From positions 190,774,001-190,838,000 of the forward strand of contig OZ024741.1 in NCBI GenBank assembly GCA_964016885.1: a DNA stretch of 64,000 bases. The letters run 5' to 3'. Positions 6,972 to 21,900 of the stretch are shown here, in pieces (the first letter of the stretch is position 1; every line of letters begins with the position of its first letter). Origin of the DNA: Eledone cirrhosa. Lineage: Eukaryota. The notes under the pieces were generated by a model. That model ran no database searches. It was not told the origin of the DNA and saw only the letters and a program-made list of their open reading frames with translations. The translations under genes were made by a program, and so were the position numbers.

Positions 6972-9900
6972 TGGTTTGTCTAGATGGTTAAGTTACCTGG
7001 TGGTTTGTCTGGATGGCAAAATGTTACATATGTTACCTGGTGGTTTGTCTGGATGGCAAAATGTTACATATGTTACCTAGTGGTTTGTCTGGATGGTAAA
7101 GTGTCATATATGTTACCTGGTAGTTTGTCTGGATGGTAAAGTGTTACATATGTTACCTGGTGGTTTGTCTGGATGGTAAAGTGTTACATATGTTACCTGG
7201 TGGTTTGTCTGGATGGTAAAGTGTTACATATGTTACCTGGTGGTTTGTCTGGATGGTAAAGTGTTATATATGTTACCTAGTGGTTTGTCTGGATGGTAAA
7301 GTGTCATATATGTTACCTGGTAGTTTGTCTGGATGGTAAAGTGTTACATATGTTACCTGGTGGTTTATCTGGATGGTAAAGTGTCATATATGTTACCTGG
7401 TAGTTTGTCTGGATGGTAAAGTGTTACATATGTTACCTGGTGGTTTGTCTGGATGGTAAAGTGTCATATATGTTACCTGGTAGTTTGTCTGGATGGTAAA
7501 GTGTCATATATGTTACCTGGTGGTTTGTCTGGATGGTAAAGTTACCTGGTAGTTTGTCTGGATGGTAAAGTGTCATATATGTTACCTGGTAGTTTGTCTG
7601 GATGGTAAAGTGTTACATATGTTACCTGGTGGTTTGTCTGGATGGTAAAGTGTCATATATGTTACCTGGTAGTTTGTCTGGATGGTAAAGTGTCATATAT
7701 GTTACCTGGTAGTTTGTCTGGATGGTAAAGTGTTATATATGTTACCTAGTGGTTTGTCTGGATGGTAAGGTGTCATATATGTTACCTGGTAGTTTGTCTG
7801 GATGGTAAAGTGTCATATATGTTACCTGGTAGTTTGTCTGGATGGTAAAGTGTCATATATGTTACCTGGTAGTTTGTCTGGATGGTAAAGTGTCATATAT
7901 GTTACCTGGTGGTTTGTCTGGATGGTAAAGTTACCTGGTAGTTTGTCTGGATGGTAAAGTGTCATATATGTTACCTGGTGGTTTGTCTGGAAGGTAAAGT
8001 GTCATATATGTTACCTGGTGGTTTGTCTGGATGGTAAAGTTACCTGGTGGTTTGTCTGGATGGTAAAGTGTTATATATGTTACCTGGTAGTTTGTCTGGA
8101 TGGTAAAGTGATATATATGTTACCTCGTAGTTTGTCTGGATGGTAAAGTGTCATATAAGTTACCTGATGGTTTGTCTGGAAGGTAAAGTGTCATATATGT
8201 TACCTGGTGGTTTGTCTGGATGGTAAAGTGTCATATATGTTACCTGGTGGTTTGTCTGGATGGTAAAGTGTCATATATGTTACCTTGTGGTTTGTCTGGA
8301 TGGTAAAGTGTCATATATGTTACCTGGTGGTTTGACTGGATGGTAAAGTGTCATATATGTTACCTGGTGGTTTGTCTGGATGGTAAAGTGTTATATATGT
8401 TACCTGGTAGTTTGTCTGGATGGTAAAGTGTCATATATGTTACCTGGTGGTTTGTCTGGATGGTAAAGTGTCATATAAGTTACCAGGTGGTTTGTCTGGA
8501 TGGTAAAGTGTCATATATGTTACCTGGTGGTTTGTCTGGATGGTAAAGTGTCATACATGTTACCTGGTGGTTTGTCTGGATGGTAAAGTGTCATATATGT
8601 TACCTGGTGGTTTGTCTGGATGGTAAAGTGTCATATATGTTACCTTGTGGTTTGTCTGGATGGTAAAGTGTCATATATGTTACCTGGTGGTTTGTCTGGA
8701 AGGTAAAGTGTCATATAAGTTACCTGGTAGTTTGTCTGGATGGTAAAGTGTTATATATGTTACCTGGTAGTTTGTCTGGATGGTAAAGTGTCATATATGT
8801 TACCTGGTGGTTTGTCTGGATGGTAAAGTGTCATATATGTTACCTGGTGGTTTGACTGGATGGTAAAGTGTCATATATGTTACCTGGTGGTTTGTCTGGA
8901 TGGTAAAGTGTCATACATGTTACCTGGTGGTTTGTCTGGATGGTAAAGTTACCTGGTGGTTTGTCTGGATGGTAAAGTGTCATATATGTTACCTGGTGGT
9001 TTGTCTGGATGGTAAAGTGTCATATATGTTACCTGGTGGTTTGTCTGGATGGTAAAGTGTCATATATGTTACCTTGTGGTTTGTCTGGATGGTAAAGTGT
9101 CATATATGTTACCTGGTGGTTTGTCTGGATGGTAAAGTGTCATATATGTTACCTTGTGGTTTGTCTGGATGGTAAAGTGTCATATATGTTACCTGGTGGT
9201 TTGTCTGGAAGGTAAAGTGTCATATAAGTTACCTGGTAGTTTGTCTGGATGGTAAAGTGTTATATATGTTACCTGGTAGTTTGTCTGGATGGTAAAGTGT
9301 CATATATGTTACCTGGTGGTTTGTCTGGATGGTAAAGTGTCATACATGTTACCTGGTGGTTTGTCTGGATGGTAAAGTTACCTGGTGGTTTGTCTGGAAG
9401 GTAAAGTGTCATATATGTTACCTGGTGGTTTGTCTGGATGGTAAAGTGTCATACATGTTACCTGGTGGTTTGTCTGTATGGTAAAGTGTCATATATGTTA
9501 CCTGGTGGTTTGTCTGGATGGTAAAGTGTCATATATGTTACGTGGTGGTTTGTCTGGATGGTAAAGTGTCATACATGTTACCTGGTGGTTTGTCTGGATG
9601 GTAAAGTTACCTGGTGGTTTGTCTGGAAGGTAAAGTGTCATATATGTTACCTGGTGGTTTGTCTGGATGGTAAAGTGTCATATATGTTACCTGGTGGTTT
9701 GTCTGGATGGTAAAGTGTCATATATGTTACCTGGTGGTTTGTCTGGATGGTAAAGTGTCATATATGGTACCTGGTGGTTTGTCTGGATGGTAAAGTGTCA
9801 TATATGTTACCTGGTGGTTTGTCTGGATGGTAAAGTGTCATATATGTTACCTGGTGGTTTGTCTGGATGGTAAAGTGTTATATATGTTACCTGGTAGTTT

Positions 9901-12900
9901 GTCTGGATGGTAAAGTGTCATATATGTTACCTGGTGGTTTGTCTGGATGGTAAAGTGTTATATATGTTACCTGGTAGTTTGTCTGGATGGTAAAGTGTCA
10001 TATAAGTTACCTGGTGGTTTGTCTGGATGGTAAAGTGTCATATATGTTACCTGGTGGTTTGCCTGGATGGGTAAGTTACCTGGTGGATTGACTGGATGGT
10101 AAAGTGTCATATATGTTACCTGGTGGTTTGTCTGGATGGTAAATTGTCATATATGTTACCTGGTGGTTTGTCTGGATGGTAAAGTGTCATATATGTTACC
10201 TGGTAGTTTGTCTGGATGGTAAAGTGTCATATATGTTACCTGGTAGTTTGTCTGGATGGTAAAGTGTCATATATGTTACCTGGTAGTTTGTCTGGATGGT
10301 AAAGTGTCATATATGTTACCTGGTAGTTTGTCTGGATGGTAAAGTGTCATATATGTTACCTGGTAGTTTGTCTGGATGGTAAAGTGTCAGATATGTTACC
10401 TGGTAGTTTGTCTGGATGGTAAAGTGTTATATATGTTACCTAGTGGTTTGTCTGGATGGTAAAGTGTCATATATGTTGCCTGGTAGTTTGTCTGGATGGT
10501 AAAGTGTCATATATGTTACCTGGTAGTTTGTCTGGATGGTAAAGTGTCATATATGTTACCTGGTAGTTTGTCTGGATGGTAAAGTGTTATATATGTTACC
10601 TGGTGGTTTGTCTGGATGGTAAAGTGTCATATATGTTACCTGGTAGTTTGTCTGGATGGTAAAGTGTCATATATGTTACCTGGTAGTTTGTCTGGATGGT
10701 AAAGTGTCATATATGTTACCTGGTAGTTTGTCTGGATGGTAAAGTGTCATATATGTTACCTGGTAGTTTGTCTGGATGGTAAAGTGTCATATAAGTTACC
10801 TGGTGGTTTGTCTGGATGGTAAAGTGTCATATATGTTACCTGGTGGTTTGTCTGGATGGTAAAGTGTCATATATGTTACCTGGTGGTTTGTCTGGATGGT
10901 AAAGTGTCATATAAGTTACCTGGTGGTTTGTCTGGATGGTAAAGTGTCATATATGTTACCTGGTAGTTTGTCTGGATGGTAAGGTTACCTGGTGGTTTGT
11001 CTGGATGGTAAAGTGTCATATATGTTACCTGGTAGTTTGTCTAGATGGTAAAGTGTCATATAAGTTACCTGGTGGTTTGTCTGGATGGTAAAGAGTTATA
11101 TATGTTACCTGGTGGTTTGTCTGGATGGTAAAGTGTTATATATGTTACCTGGTAGTTTGTCTGGATGGTAAAGTGTCATATATGTTACCTGGTAGTTTGT
11201 CTGGATGGTAAAGAGTCATATATGTTACCTGGTAGTTTGTCTGGATGGTAAAGTGTCATATAAGTTACCTGGTAGTTTGTCTGGATGGTAAAGTGTCATA
11301 TAAGTTACCTGGTAGTTTGTCTGGATGGTAAAGTGTTATATATATAACCTGGTAGTTTGTCTGGATGGTAAAGTGTCATATATGTTACCTGGTAGTTTGT
11401 CTGGATGGTTAAGTTACCTGTTAGTTTGTCTGGATGGTAAAGTGTCATACATGTTACCTGGTAGTTTGTCTGGATGGTAAAGTGTCATATATGTTACCTG
11501 GTGGTTTGTCTGGATGGTAAAGTGTTATATAAGTTACCTGGTGGTTTATCTGGATGGTAAAGTGTCATATATGTTACCTGGTGGTTTGTCTGGATGGTAA
11601 AGTGTCATATAAGTTACCTGGTGGTGTGTCTGGATTGTAAAGTGTCTTATATGTTACCTGGTGGTTTGTCTGGATGGTAAAGTGTCATATATGTTACCTG
11701 GTAGTTTGTCTGGATGGTAAAGTGTCATATATGTTACCTGGTAGTCTGTCTGGATGGTAAAGTGTCATATATGTTACCTGGTGGTTTGTCTGGATGGTAA
11801 AGTGTTATATATGTTACCTGGTAGTTTGTCTGGATGGTAAAGTGTCATATAAGTTACCTGGTGGTTTGTCTGGATGGTAAAGTGTCATATATGTTACCTG
11901 GTGGTTTGCCTGGATGGGTAAGTTACCTGGTGGATTGACTGGATGGTAAAGTGTCATATATGTTACCTGGTGGTTTGTCTGGATGGTAAATTGTCATATA
12001 TGTTACCTGGTGGTTTGTCTGGATGGTAAAGTGTCATATATGTTACCTGGTAGTTTGTCTGGATGGTAAAGTGTCATATATGTTACCTGGTAGTTTGTCT
12101 GGATGGTAAAGTGTCATATATGTTACCTGGTAGTTTGTCTGGATGGTAAAGTGTCATATATGTTACCTGGTGGTTTGTCTGGATGGTAAAGTGTCATATA
12201 TGTTACCTGGTAGTTTGTCTGGATGGTAAAGTGTCAGATATGTTACCTGGTAGTTTGTCTGGATGGTAAAGTGTTATATATGTTACCTAGTGGTTTGTCT
12301 GGATGGTAAAGTGTCATATATGTTGCCTGGTAGTTTGTCTGGATGGTAAAGTGTCATATATGTTACCTGGTAGTTTGTCTGGATGGTAAAGTGTCATATA
12401 TGTTACCTGGTAGTTTGTCTGGATGGTAAAGTGTTATATATGTTACCTGGTGGTTTGTCTGGATGGTAAAGTGTCATATATGTTACCTGGTAGTTTGTCT
12501 GGATGGTAAAGTGTCATATATGTTACCTGGTAGTTTGTCTGGATGGTAAAGTGTCATATATGTTACCTGGTAGTTTGTCTGGATGGTAAAGTGTCATATA
12601 TGTTACCTGGTAGTTTGTCTGGATGGTAAAGTGTCATATAAGTTACCTGGTGGTTTGTCTGGATGGTAAAGTGTCATATATGTTACCTGGTGGTTTGTCT
12701 GGATGGTAAAGTGTCATATATGTTACCTGGTGGTTTGTCTGGAAGGTAAAGTGTCATATAAGTTACCTGGTGGTTTGTCTGGATGGTAAAGTGTCATATA
12801 TGTTACCTGGTAGTTTGTCTGGATGGTAAGGTTACCTGGTGGTTTGTCTGGATGGTAAAGTGTCATATATGTTACCTGGTAGTTTGTCTAGATGGTAAAG

Positions 12901-15900
12901 TGTCATATAAGTTACCTGGTGGTTTGTCTGGATGGTAAAGAGTTATATATGTTACCTGGTGGTTTGTCTGGATGGTAAAGTGTTATATATGTTACCTGGT
13001 AGTTTGTCTGGATGGTAAAGTGTTATATATGTTACCTGGTGGTTTGTCTGGATGGTAAAGTGTCATATATGTTACCTGGTAGTTTGTCTGGATGGTAAAG
13101 TGTCATATATGTTACCTGGTAGTTTGTCTGGATGGTAAAGTGTCATATATGTTACCTGGTAGTTTGTCTGGATGGTAAAGTGTCATATATGTTACCTGGT
13201 AGTTTGTCTGGATGGTAAAGTGTCATATAAGTTACCTGGTGGTTTGTCTGGATGGTAAAGTGTCATATATGTTACCTGGTGGTTTGTCTGGATGGTAAAG
13301 TGTCATATATGTTACCTGGTGGTTTGTCTGGATGGTAAAGTGTCATATAAGTTACCTGGTGGTTTGTCTGGATGGTAAAGTGTCATATATGTTACCTGGT
13401 AGTTTGTCTGGATGGTAAGGTTACCTGGTGGTTTGTCTGGATGGTAAAGTGTCATATATGTTACCTGGTAGTTTGTCTAGATGGTAAAGTGTCATATAAG
13501 TTACCTGGTGGTTTGTCTGGATGGTAAAGAGTTATATATGTTACCTGGTGGTTTGTCTGGATGGTAAAGTGTTATATATGTTACCTGGTAGTTTGTCTGG
13601 ATGGTAAAGTGTCATATATGTTACCTGGTAGTTTGTCTGGATGGTAAAGAGTCATATATGTTACCTGGTAGTTTGTCTGGATGGTAAAGTGTCATATAAG
13701 TTACCTGGTAGTTTGTCTGGATGGTAAAGTGTCATATAAGTTACCTGGTAGTTTGTCTGGATGGTAAAGTGTTATATATATAACCTGGTAGTTTGTCTGG
13801 ATGGTAAAGTGTCATATATGTTACCTGGTAGTTTGTCTGGATGGTTAAGTTACCTGTTAGTTTGTCTGGATGGTAAAGTGTCATACATGTTACCTGGTAG
13901 TTTGTCTGGATGGTAAAGTGTCATATATGTTACCTGGTGGTTTGTCTGGATGGTAAAGTGTTATATAAGTTACCTGGTGGTTTATCTGGATGGTAAAGTG
14001 TCATATATGTTACCTGGTGGTTTGTCTGGATGGTAAAGTGTCATATAAGTTACCTGGTGGTGTGTCTGGATTGTAAAGTGTCTTATATGTTACCTGGTGG
14101 TTTGTCTGGATGGTAAAGTGTCATATATGTTACCTGGTAGTTTGTCTGGATGGTAAAGTGTCATATATGTTACCTGGTAGTCTGTCTGGATGGTAAAGTG
14201 TCATATATGTTACCTGGTGGTTTGTCTGGATGGTAAAGTGTTATATATGTTACCTGGTAGTTTGTCTGGATGGTAAAGTGTCATATATGTTACCTGGTGG
14301 TTTGTCTGGATGGTAAAGTGTTATATATGTTACCTGGTAGTTTGTCTGGATGGTAAAGTGTCATATAAGTTACCTGGTGGTTTGTCTGGATGGTAAAGTG
14401 TCATATATGTTACCTGGTGGTTTGCCTGGATGGGTAAGTTACCTGGTGGATTGACTGGATGGTAAAGTGTCATATATGTTACCTGGTGGTTTGTCTGGAT
14501 GGTAAATTGTCATATATGTTACCTGGTGGTTTGTCTGGATGGTAAAGTGTCATATATGTTACCTGGTAGTTTGTCTGGATGGTAAAGTGTCATATATGTT
14601 ACCTGGTAGTTTGTCTGGATGGTAAAGTGTCATATATGTTACCTGGTAGTTTGTCTGGATGGTAAAGTGTCATATATGTTACCTGGTGGTTTGTCTGGAT
14701 GGTAAAGTGTCATATATGTTACCTGGTAGTTTGTCTGGATGGTAAAGTGTCAGATATGTTACCTGGTAGTTTGTCTGGATGGTAAAGTGTTATATATGTT
14801 ACCTAGTGGTTTGTCTGGATGGTAAAGTGTCATATATGTTGCCTGGTAGTTTGTCTGGATGGTAAAGTGTCATATATGTTACCTGGTAGTTTGTCTGGAT
14901 GGTAAAGTGTCATATATGTTACCTGGTAGTTTGTCTGGATGGTAAAGTGTTATATATGTTACCTGGTGGTTTGTCTGGATGGTAAAGTGTCATATATGTT
15001 ACCTGGTAGTTTGTCTGGATGGTAAAGTGTCATATATGTTACCTGGTAGTTTGTCTGGATGGTAAAGTGTCATATATGTTACCTGGTAGTTTGTCTGGAT
15101 GGTAAAGTGTCATATATGTTACCTGGTAGTTTGTCTGGATGGTAAAGTGTCATATAAGTTACCTGGTGGTTTGTCTGGATGGTAAAGTGTCATATATGTT
15201 ACCTGGTGGTTTGTCTGGATGGTAAAGTGTCATATATGTTACCTGGTGGTTTGTCTGGAAGGTAAAGTGTCATATAAGTTACCTGGTGGTTTGTCTGGAT
15301 GGTAAAGTGTCATATATGTTACCTGGTAGTTTGTCTGGATGGTAAGGTTACCTGGTGGTTTGTCTGGATGGTAAAGTGTCATATATGTTACCTGGTAGTT
15401 TGTCTAGATGGTAAAGTGTCATATAAGTTACCTGGTGGTTTGTCTGGATGGTAAAGAGTTATATATGTTACCTGGTGGTTTGTCTGGATGGTAAAGTGTT
15501 ATATATGTTACCTGGTAGTTTATCTGGATGGTAAAGTGTCATATATGTTACCTGGTAGTTTGTCTGGATGGTAAAGAGTCATATATGTTACCTGGTAGTT
15601 TGTCTGGATGGTAAAGTGTCATATAAGTTACCTGGTAGTTTGTCTGGATGGTAAAGTGTTATATATATAACCTGGTAGTTTGTCTGGATGGTAAAGTGTC
15701 ATATATGTTACCTGGTAGTTTGTCTGGATGGTTAAGTTACCTGTTAGTTTGTCTGGATGGTAAAGTGTCATACATGTTACCTGGTAGTTTGTCTGGATGG
15801 TAAAGTGTCATATATGTTACCTGGTGGTTTGTCTGGATGGTAAAGTGTTATATAAGTTACCTGGTGGTTTATCTGGATGGTAAAGTGTCATATATGTTAC

Positions 15901-18900
15901 CTGGTGGTTTGTCTGGATGGTAAAGTGTCTTATAAGTTACCTGGTGGTGTGTCTGGATGGTAAAGTGTCTTATATGTTACCTGGTGGTTTGTCTGGATGG
16001 TAAAGTGTCATATATGTTACCTGGTAGTTTGTCTGGATGGTAAAGTGTCATATATGTTACCTGGTAGTCTGTCTGGATGGTAAAGTGTCATATATGTTAC
16101 CTGGTAGTTTGCCTGGATGGTAAAGTGTTATATATGTTACCTGGTGGTTTGTCTGGATGGTAAAGTGTCATATAAGTTACCTGGTGGTTTGTCTGGATGG
16201 TAAAGTGTTATATATGTTACCTGGTGGTTTGTCTGGATGGTAAAGTGTTATATATGTTACCTGGTGGTTTGTCTGGATGGTAAAGTGTCATATATGTTAC
16301 CTGGTGGTTTGTCTGGATGGTAAAGTTACCTGGTAGTCTGTCTGGATGGTAAAGTGTCATATATGTTACCTGGTAGTTTGCCTGGATGGTAAAGTGTTAT
16401 ATATGTTACCTAGTGGTTTGTCTGGATGGAAAAGTGTCATATATGTTACCTGGTAGTTTATCTGGATGGTAAAGTGTCATATATGTTACCTGGTGGTTTG
16501 TCTGGATGGTAAAGTGTCATATATGTTACCTGGTGGTTTGTCTGGATGGTAAAGTGTCATATATGTTACCTGGTAGTTTGTCTGGATGGTAAAGTGTTAC
16601 ATATGTTACCTCGTAGTTTGTCTGGATGGTAAAGTGTCATATATGTTACCTGGTGGTTTGTCTGGATGGTAAAGTTACCTGGTAGTTTGTCTGGATGGTA
16701 AAGTGTCATATATGTTACCTGGTGGTTTGTCTGGAAGGTAAAGTGTCATATATGTTACCTGGTGGTTTGTCTGGATGGTAAAGAGTTATATATGTTACCT
16801 CGTAGTTTGTCTGGATGGTAAAGTGTCATATAAGTTACCTGGTGGTTTGTCTGGATGGTAAAGTGTCATATATGTTACCTGGTGGTTTGTCTGGATGGTA
16901 AAGTGTCATATATGTTACCTGGTGGTTTGTCTGGATAGTAAAGTGTCATATATGTTACCTGGTGGTTTGTCTGGATGGTAAAGTGTTATATATGTTACCT
17001 GGTAGTTTGTCTGGATGGTAAAGTGTCATATATGTTACCTGGTGGTTTGTCTGGATGGTAAAGTGTCATATAAGTTACCTGGTGGTTTGTCTGGATGGTA
17101 AAGTGTTATATATGTTACCTGGTAGGTTGTCTGGATGGTAAAGTGTCATATATGTTACCTGGTGGTTTGTCTGGATGGTAAAGTGTCATACATGTTACCT
17201 GGTGGGTTGTCTGGATGGTAAAGTTACCTGGTGGTTTGTCTGGATGGTAAAGTGTCCTATATGTTACCTGGTGGTTTGTCTGGATGGTAAGGTGTCATAT
17301 ATGTTACCTAGTGGTTTGTCTGGATGGTAAAGTGTCATATATGTTACCTGGTAGTTTGTCTGGATGGTAAAGTGTCATATATGTTACCTGGTGGTTTGTC
17401 TGGATGGTAAGGTGTCATATATGTTACCTAGTGGTTTGTCTGGATGGTAAAGTGTCATATATGTTACCTGGTGGTTTGTCTGGATGGTAAAGTGTCATAC
17501 ATGTTACCTGGTGGTTTGTCTGTATGGTAAAGTGTCATATATGTTACCTGGTGGTTTGTCTGGATGGTAAAGTGTCATATATGTTACGTGGTGGTTTGTC
17601 TGGATGGTAAAGTGTCATATATGGTACCTGGTGGTTTGTCTGGATGGTAAAGTGTCATATATGTTACCTGGTGGTTTGTCTGGATGGTAAAGTGTCATAT
17701 ATGTTACCTGGTGGTTTGTCTGGATGGTAAAGTTACCTGGTGGTTTGTCTGGATGGTAAAGTGTCATATATGTTACCTGGTAGTTTGTCTGGATGGTAAA
17801 GTGTCATATATGTTACCTGGTAGTTTGTCTGGATGGTAAAGTGTCATATATGTTACCTGGTAGTTTGACTGGATGGTAAAGTGTTATATATGTTACCTGG
17901 TGGTTTGTCTGGATGGTAAAGTGTCATATAAGTTACCTGGTGGTTTGTCTGGATGGTAAAGTGTTATATATGTTACCTGGTGGTTTGTCTGGATGGTAAA
18001 GTGTTATATATGTTACCTGGTGGTTTGTCTGGATGGTAAAGTGTCATATATGTTACCTGGTGGTTTGTCTGGATGGTAAAGTTACCTGGTAGTTTGTCTG
18101 GAAGGTAAAGTGTCATATATGTTACCTGGTAGTTTGTCTGGATGGTAAAGTGTTATATATGTTACCTAGTGGTTTGTCTGGATGGAAAAGTGTCATATAT
18201 GTTACCTGGTAGTTTGTCTGGATGGTAAAGTGTCATATATGTTACCTGGTGGTTTGTCTGGATGGTAAAGTGTCATATATGTTACCTGGTGGTTTGTCTG
18301 GATGGTAAAGTGTCATATATGTTACCTGGTAGTTTGTCTGGATGGTAAAGTGTTACATATGTTACCTCGTAGTTTGTCTGGATAGTAAAGTGTCATATAT
18401 GTTACCTGGTGGTTTGTCTGGATGGTAAAGTTACCTGGTAGTTTGTCTGGATGGTAAAGTGTCATATATGTTACCTGGTAGTTTGCCTGGATGGTAAAGT
18501 GTATATATGTTACCTGGTGGTTTGTCTGGATGGTAAAGTGTCATATAAGTTACCTGGTGGTTTGTCTGGATGGTAAAGTGTTATATATGTTACCTGGTGG
18601 TTTGTCTGGATGGTAAAGTGTTATATATGTTACCTGGTGGTTTGTCTGGATGGTAAAGTGTCATATATGTTACCTGGTGGTTTGTCTGGATGGTAAAGTT
18701 ACCTGGTAGTTTGTCTGGATGGTAAAGTGTTATATATGTTACCTAGTGGTTTGTCTGGATGGAAAAGTGTCATATATGTTACCTGGTGGTTTGTCTGGAT
18801 GGTAAAGTGTCATATATGTTACCTGGTGGTTTGTCTGGATGGTAAAGTGTCATATATGTTACCTGGTGGTTTGTCTGGATGGTAAAGTGTTATATAAGTT

Positions 18901-21900
18901 ACCTGGTGGTTTATCTGGATGGTAAAGTGTCATATATGTTACCTGGTGGTTTGTCTGGATGGTAAAGTGTCATATATGTTACCTGGTAGTTTGTCTGGAT
19001 GGTAAAGTGTCATATATGTTACCTGGTAGTTTGCCTGGATGGTAAAGTGTTATATATGTTACCTGGTGGTTTGTCTGGATGGTAAAGTGTCATATAAGTT
19101 ACCTGGTGGTTTGTTTGGATGGTAAAGTGTTATATATGTTACCTGGTGGTTTGTCTGGATGGTAAAGTGTTATATATGTTACCTGGTGGTTTGTCTGGAT
19201 GGTAAAGTGTCATATATGTTACCTGGTGGTTTGTCTGGATGGTAAAGTTACCTGGTAGTTTGTCTGGATGGTAAAGTGTTATATATGTTACCTAGTGGTT
19301 TGTCTGGATGGAAAAGTGTCATATATGTTACCTGGTAGTTTGTCTGGATGGTAAAGTGTCATATATGTTACCTGGTGGTTTGTCTGGATGGTAAAGTGTC
19401 ATATATGTTACCTGGTGGTTTGTCTGGATGGTAAAGTGTCATATATGTTACCTGGTAGTTTGTCTGGATGGTAAAGTGTTACATATGTTACCTCGTAGTT
19501 TGTCTGGATGGTAAAGTGTCATATACGTTACCTGGTGGTTTGTCTGGATGGTAAAGTTACCTGGTAGTTTGTCTGGATGGTAAAGTGTCATATATGTTAC
19601 CTGGTGGTTTGTCTGGAAGGTAAAGTTACCTGGTGGTTTGTCTGGATGGTAAAGTGTCCTATATGTTACCTGGTGGTTTGTCTGGATGGTAAGGTGTCAT
19701 ATATGTTACCTAGTGGTTTGTCTGGATGGTAAAGTGTCATATATGTTACCTGGTGGTTTGTCTGGATGGTAAAGTGTCATACATGTTACCTGGTGGTTTG
19801 TCTGTATGGTAAAGTGTCATATATGTTACGTGGTGGTTTGTCTGGATGGTAAAGTATCATATATGGTACCTGGTGGTTTGTCTGGATGGTAAAGTGTCAT
19901 ATATGTTACCTGGTGGTTTGTCTGGATGGTAAAGTGTCATATATGTTACCTGGTGGTTTGTCTGGATGGTAAAGTTACCTGGTGGTTTGTCTGGATGGTA
20001 AAGTGTCATATATGTTACCTGGTAGTTTGTCTGGATGGTAAAGTGTCATATATGTTACCTGGTAGTTTGTCTGGATGGTAAAGTGTCATATATGTTACCT
20101 GGTAGTTTGACTGGATGGTAAAGTGTTATATATGTTACCTGGTGGTTTGTCTGGATGGTAAAGTGTCATATAAGTTACCTGGTGGTTTGTCTGGATGGTA
20201 AAGTGTTATATATGTTACCTGGTGGTTTGTCTGGATGGTAAAGTGTTATATATGTTACCTGGTGGTTTGTCTGGATGGTAAAGTGTCATATATGTTACCT
20301 GGTGGTTTGTCTGGATGGTAAAGTTACCTGGTAGTTTGTCTGGAAGGTAAAGTGTCATATATGTTACCTGGTAGTTTGTCTGGATGGTAAAGTGTTATAT
20401 ATGTTACCTAGTGGTTTGTCTGGATGGAAAAGTGTCATATATGTTACCTGGTAGTTTGTCTGGATGGTAAAGTGTCATATATGTTACCTGGTGGTTTGTC
20501 TGGATGGTAAAGTGTCATATATGTTACCTGGTGGTTTGTCTGGATGGTAAAGTGTCATATATGTTACCTGGTAGTTTGTCTGGATGGTAAAGTGTTACAT
20601 ATGTTACCTCGTAGTTTGTCTGGATGGTAAAGTGTCATATATGTTACCTGGTGGTTTGTCTGGATGGTAAAGTGTCATATATGTTACCTGGTAGTTTGCC
20701 TGGATGGTAAAGTGTTATATATGTTACCTGGTGGTTTGTCTGGATGGTAAAGTGTCATATAAGTTACCTGGTGGTTTGTCTGGATGGTAAAGTGTTATAT
20801 ATGTTACCTGGTGGTTTGTCTGGATGGTAAAGTGTTATATATGTTACCTGGTGGTTTGTCTGGATGGTAAAGTGTCATATATGTTACCTGGTGGTTTGTC
20901 TGGATGGTAAAGTTACCTGGTAGTTTGTCTGGATGGTAAAGTGTTATATATATTACCTAGTGGTTTGTCTGGATGGAAAAGTGTCATATATGTTACCTGG
21001 TAGTTTGTCTGGATGGTAAAGTGTCATATATGTTACCTGGTGGTTTGTCTGGATGGTAAAGTGTCATATATGTTACCTGGTGGTTTGTCTGGATGGTAAA
21101 GTGTCATATATGTTACCTGGTAGTTTGTCTGGATGGTAAAGTGTTACATATGTTACCTCGTAGTTTGTCTGGATGGTAAAGTGTCATATATGTTACCTGG
21201 TGGTTTGTCTGGATGGTAAAGTTACCTGGTAGTTTGTCTGGATGGTAAAGTGTCATATATGTTACCTGGTGGTTTGTCTGGAAGGTAAAGTGTCATATAT
21301 GTTACCTGGTGGTTTGTCTGGATGGTAAAGTGTTATATATGTTACCTCGTAGTTTGTCTGGATGGTAAAGTGTCATATAAGTTACCTGATGGTTTGTCTG
21401 GATGGTAAAGTGTCATATATCTTACCTGGTGGTTTGTCTGGATGGTAAAGTGTCATATATGTTACCTGGTGGTTTGTCTGGATGGTAAAGTGTCATATAT
21501 GTTACCTGGTAGTTTGTCTGGATGGTAAAGTGTTATATATGTTACCTGGTAGTTTGTCTGGATGGTAAAGTGTCATATAAGTTACCTGGTGGTTTGTCTG
21601 GATGGTAAAGTGTTATATATGTTACCTGGTAGTTTGTCTGGATGGTAAAGTGTCATATATGTTACCTGGTGGTTTGTCTGGATGGTAAAGTGTCATAAAT
21701 GTTACCTGGTGGTTTGTCTGGATGGTAAAGTTACCTGGTGGTTTGTCTGGATGGTAAAGTGTCCTATATGTTACCTGGTGGTTTGTCTGGATGGTAAGGT
21801 GTCATATATGTTACCTAGTGGTTTGTCTGGATGGTAAAGTGTCATATATGTTACCTGGTGGTTTGTCTGGATGGTAAAGTGTCATACACGTTACCTGGTG

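Noticed and set aside
6996-7003. Chi-like octamer CCTGGTGG in the monomer
   Set aside because: Only a 7/8 match to E. coli Chi, and RecBCD is irrelevant in a metazoan nucleus; likely coincidence.
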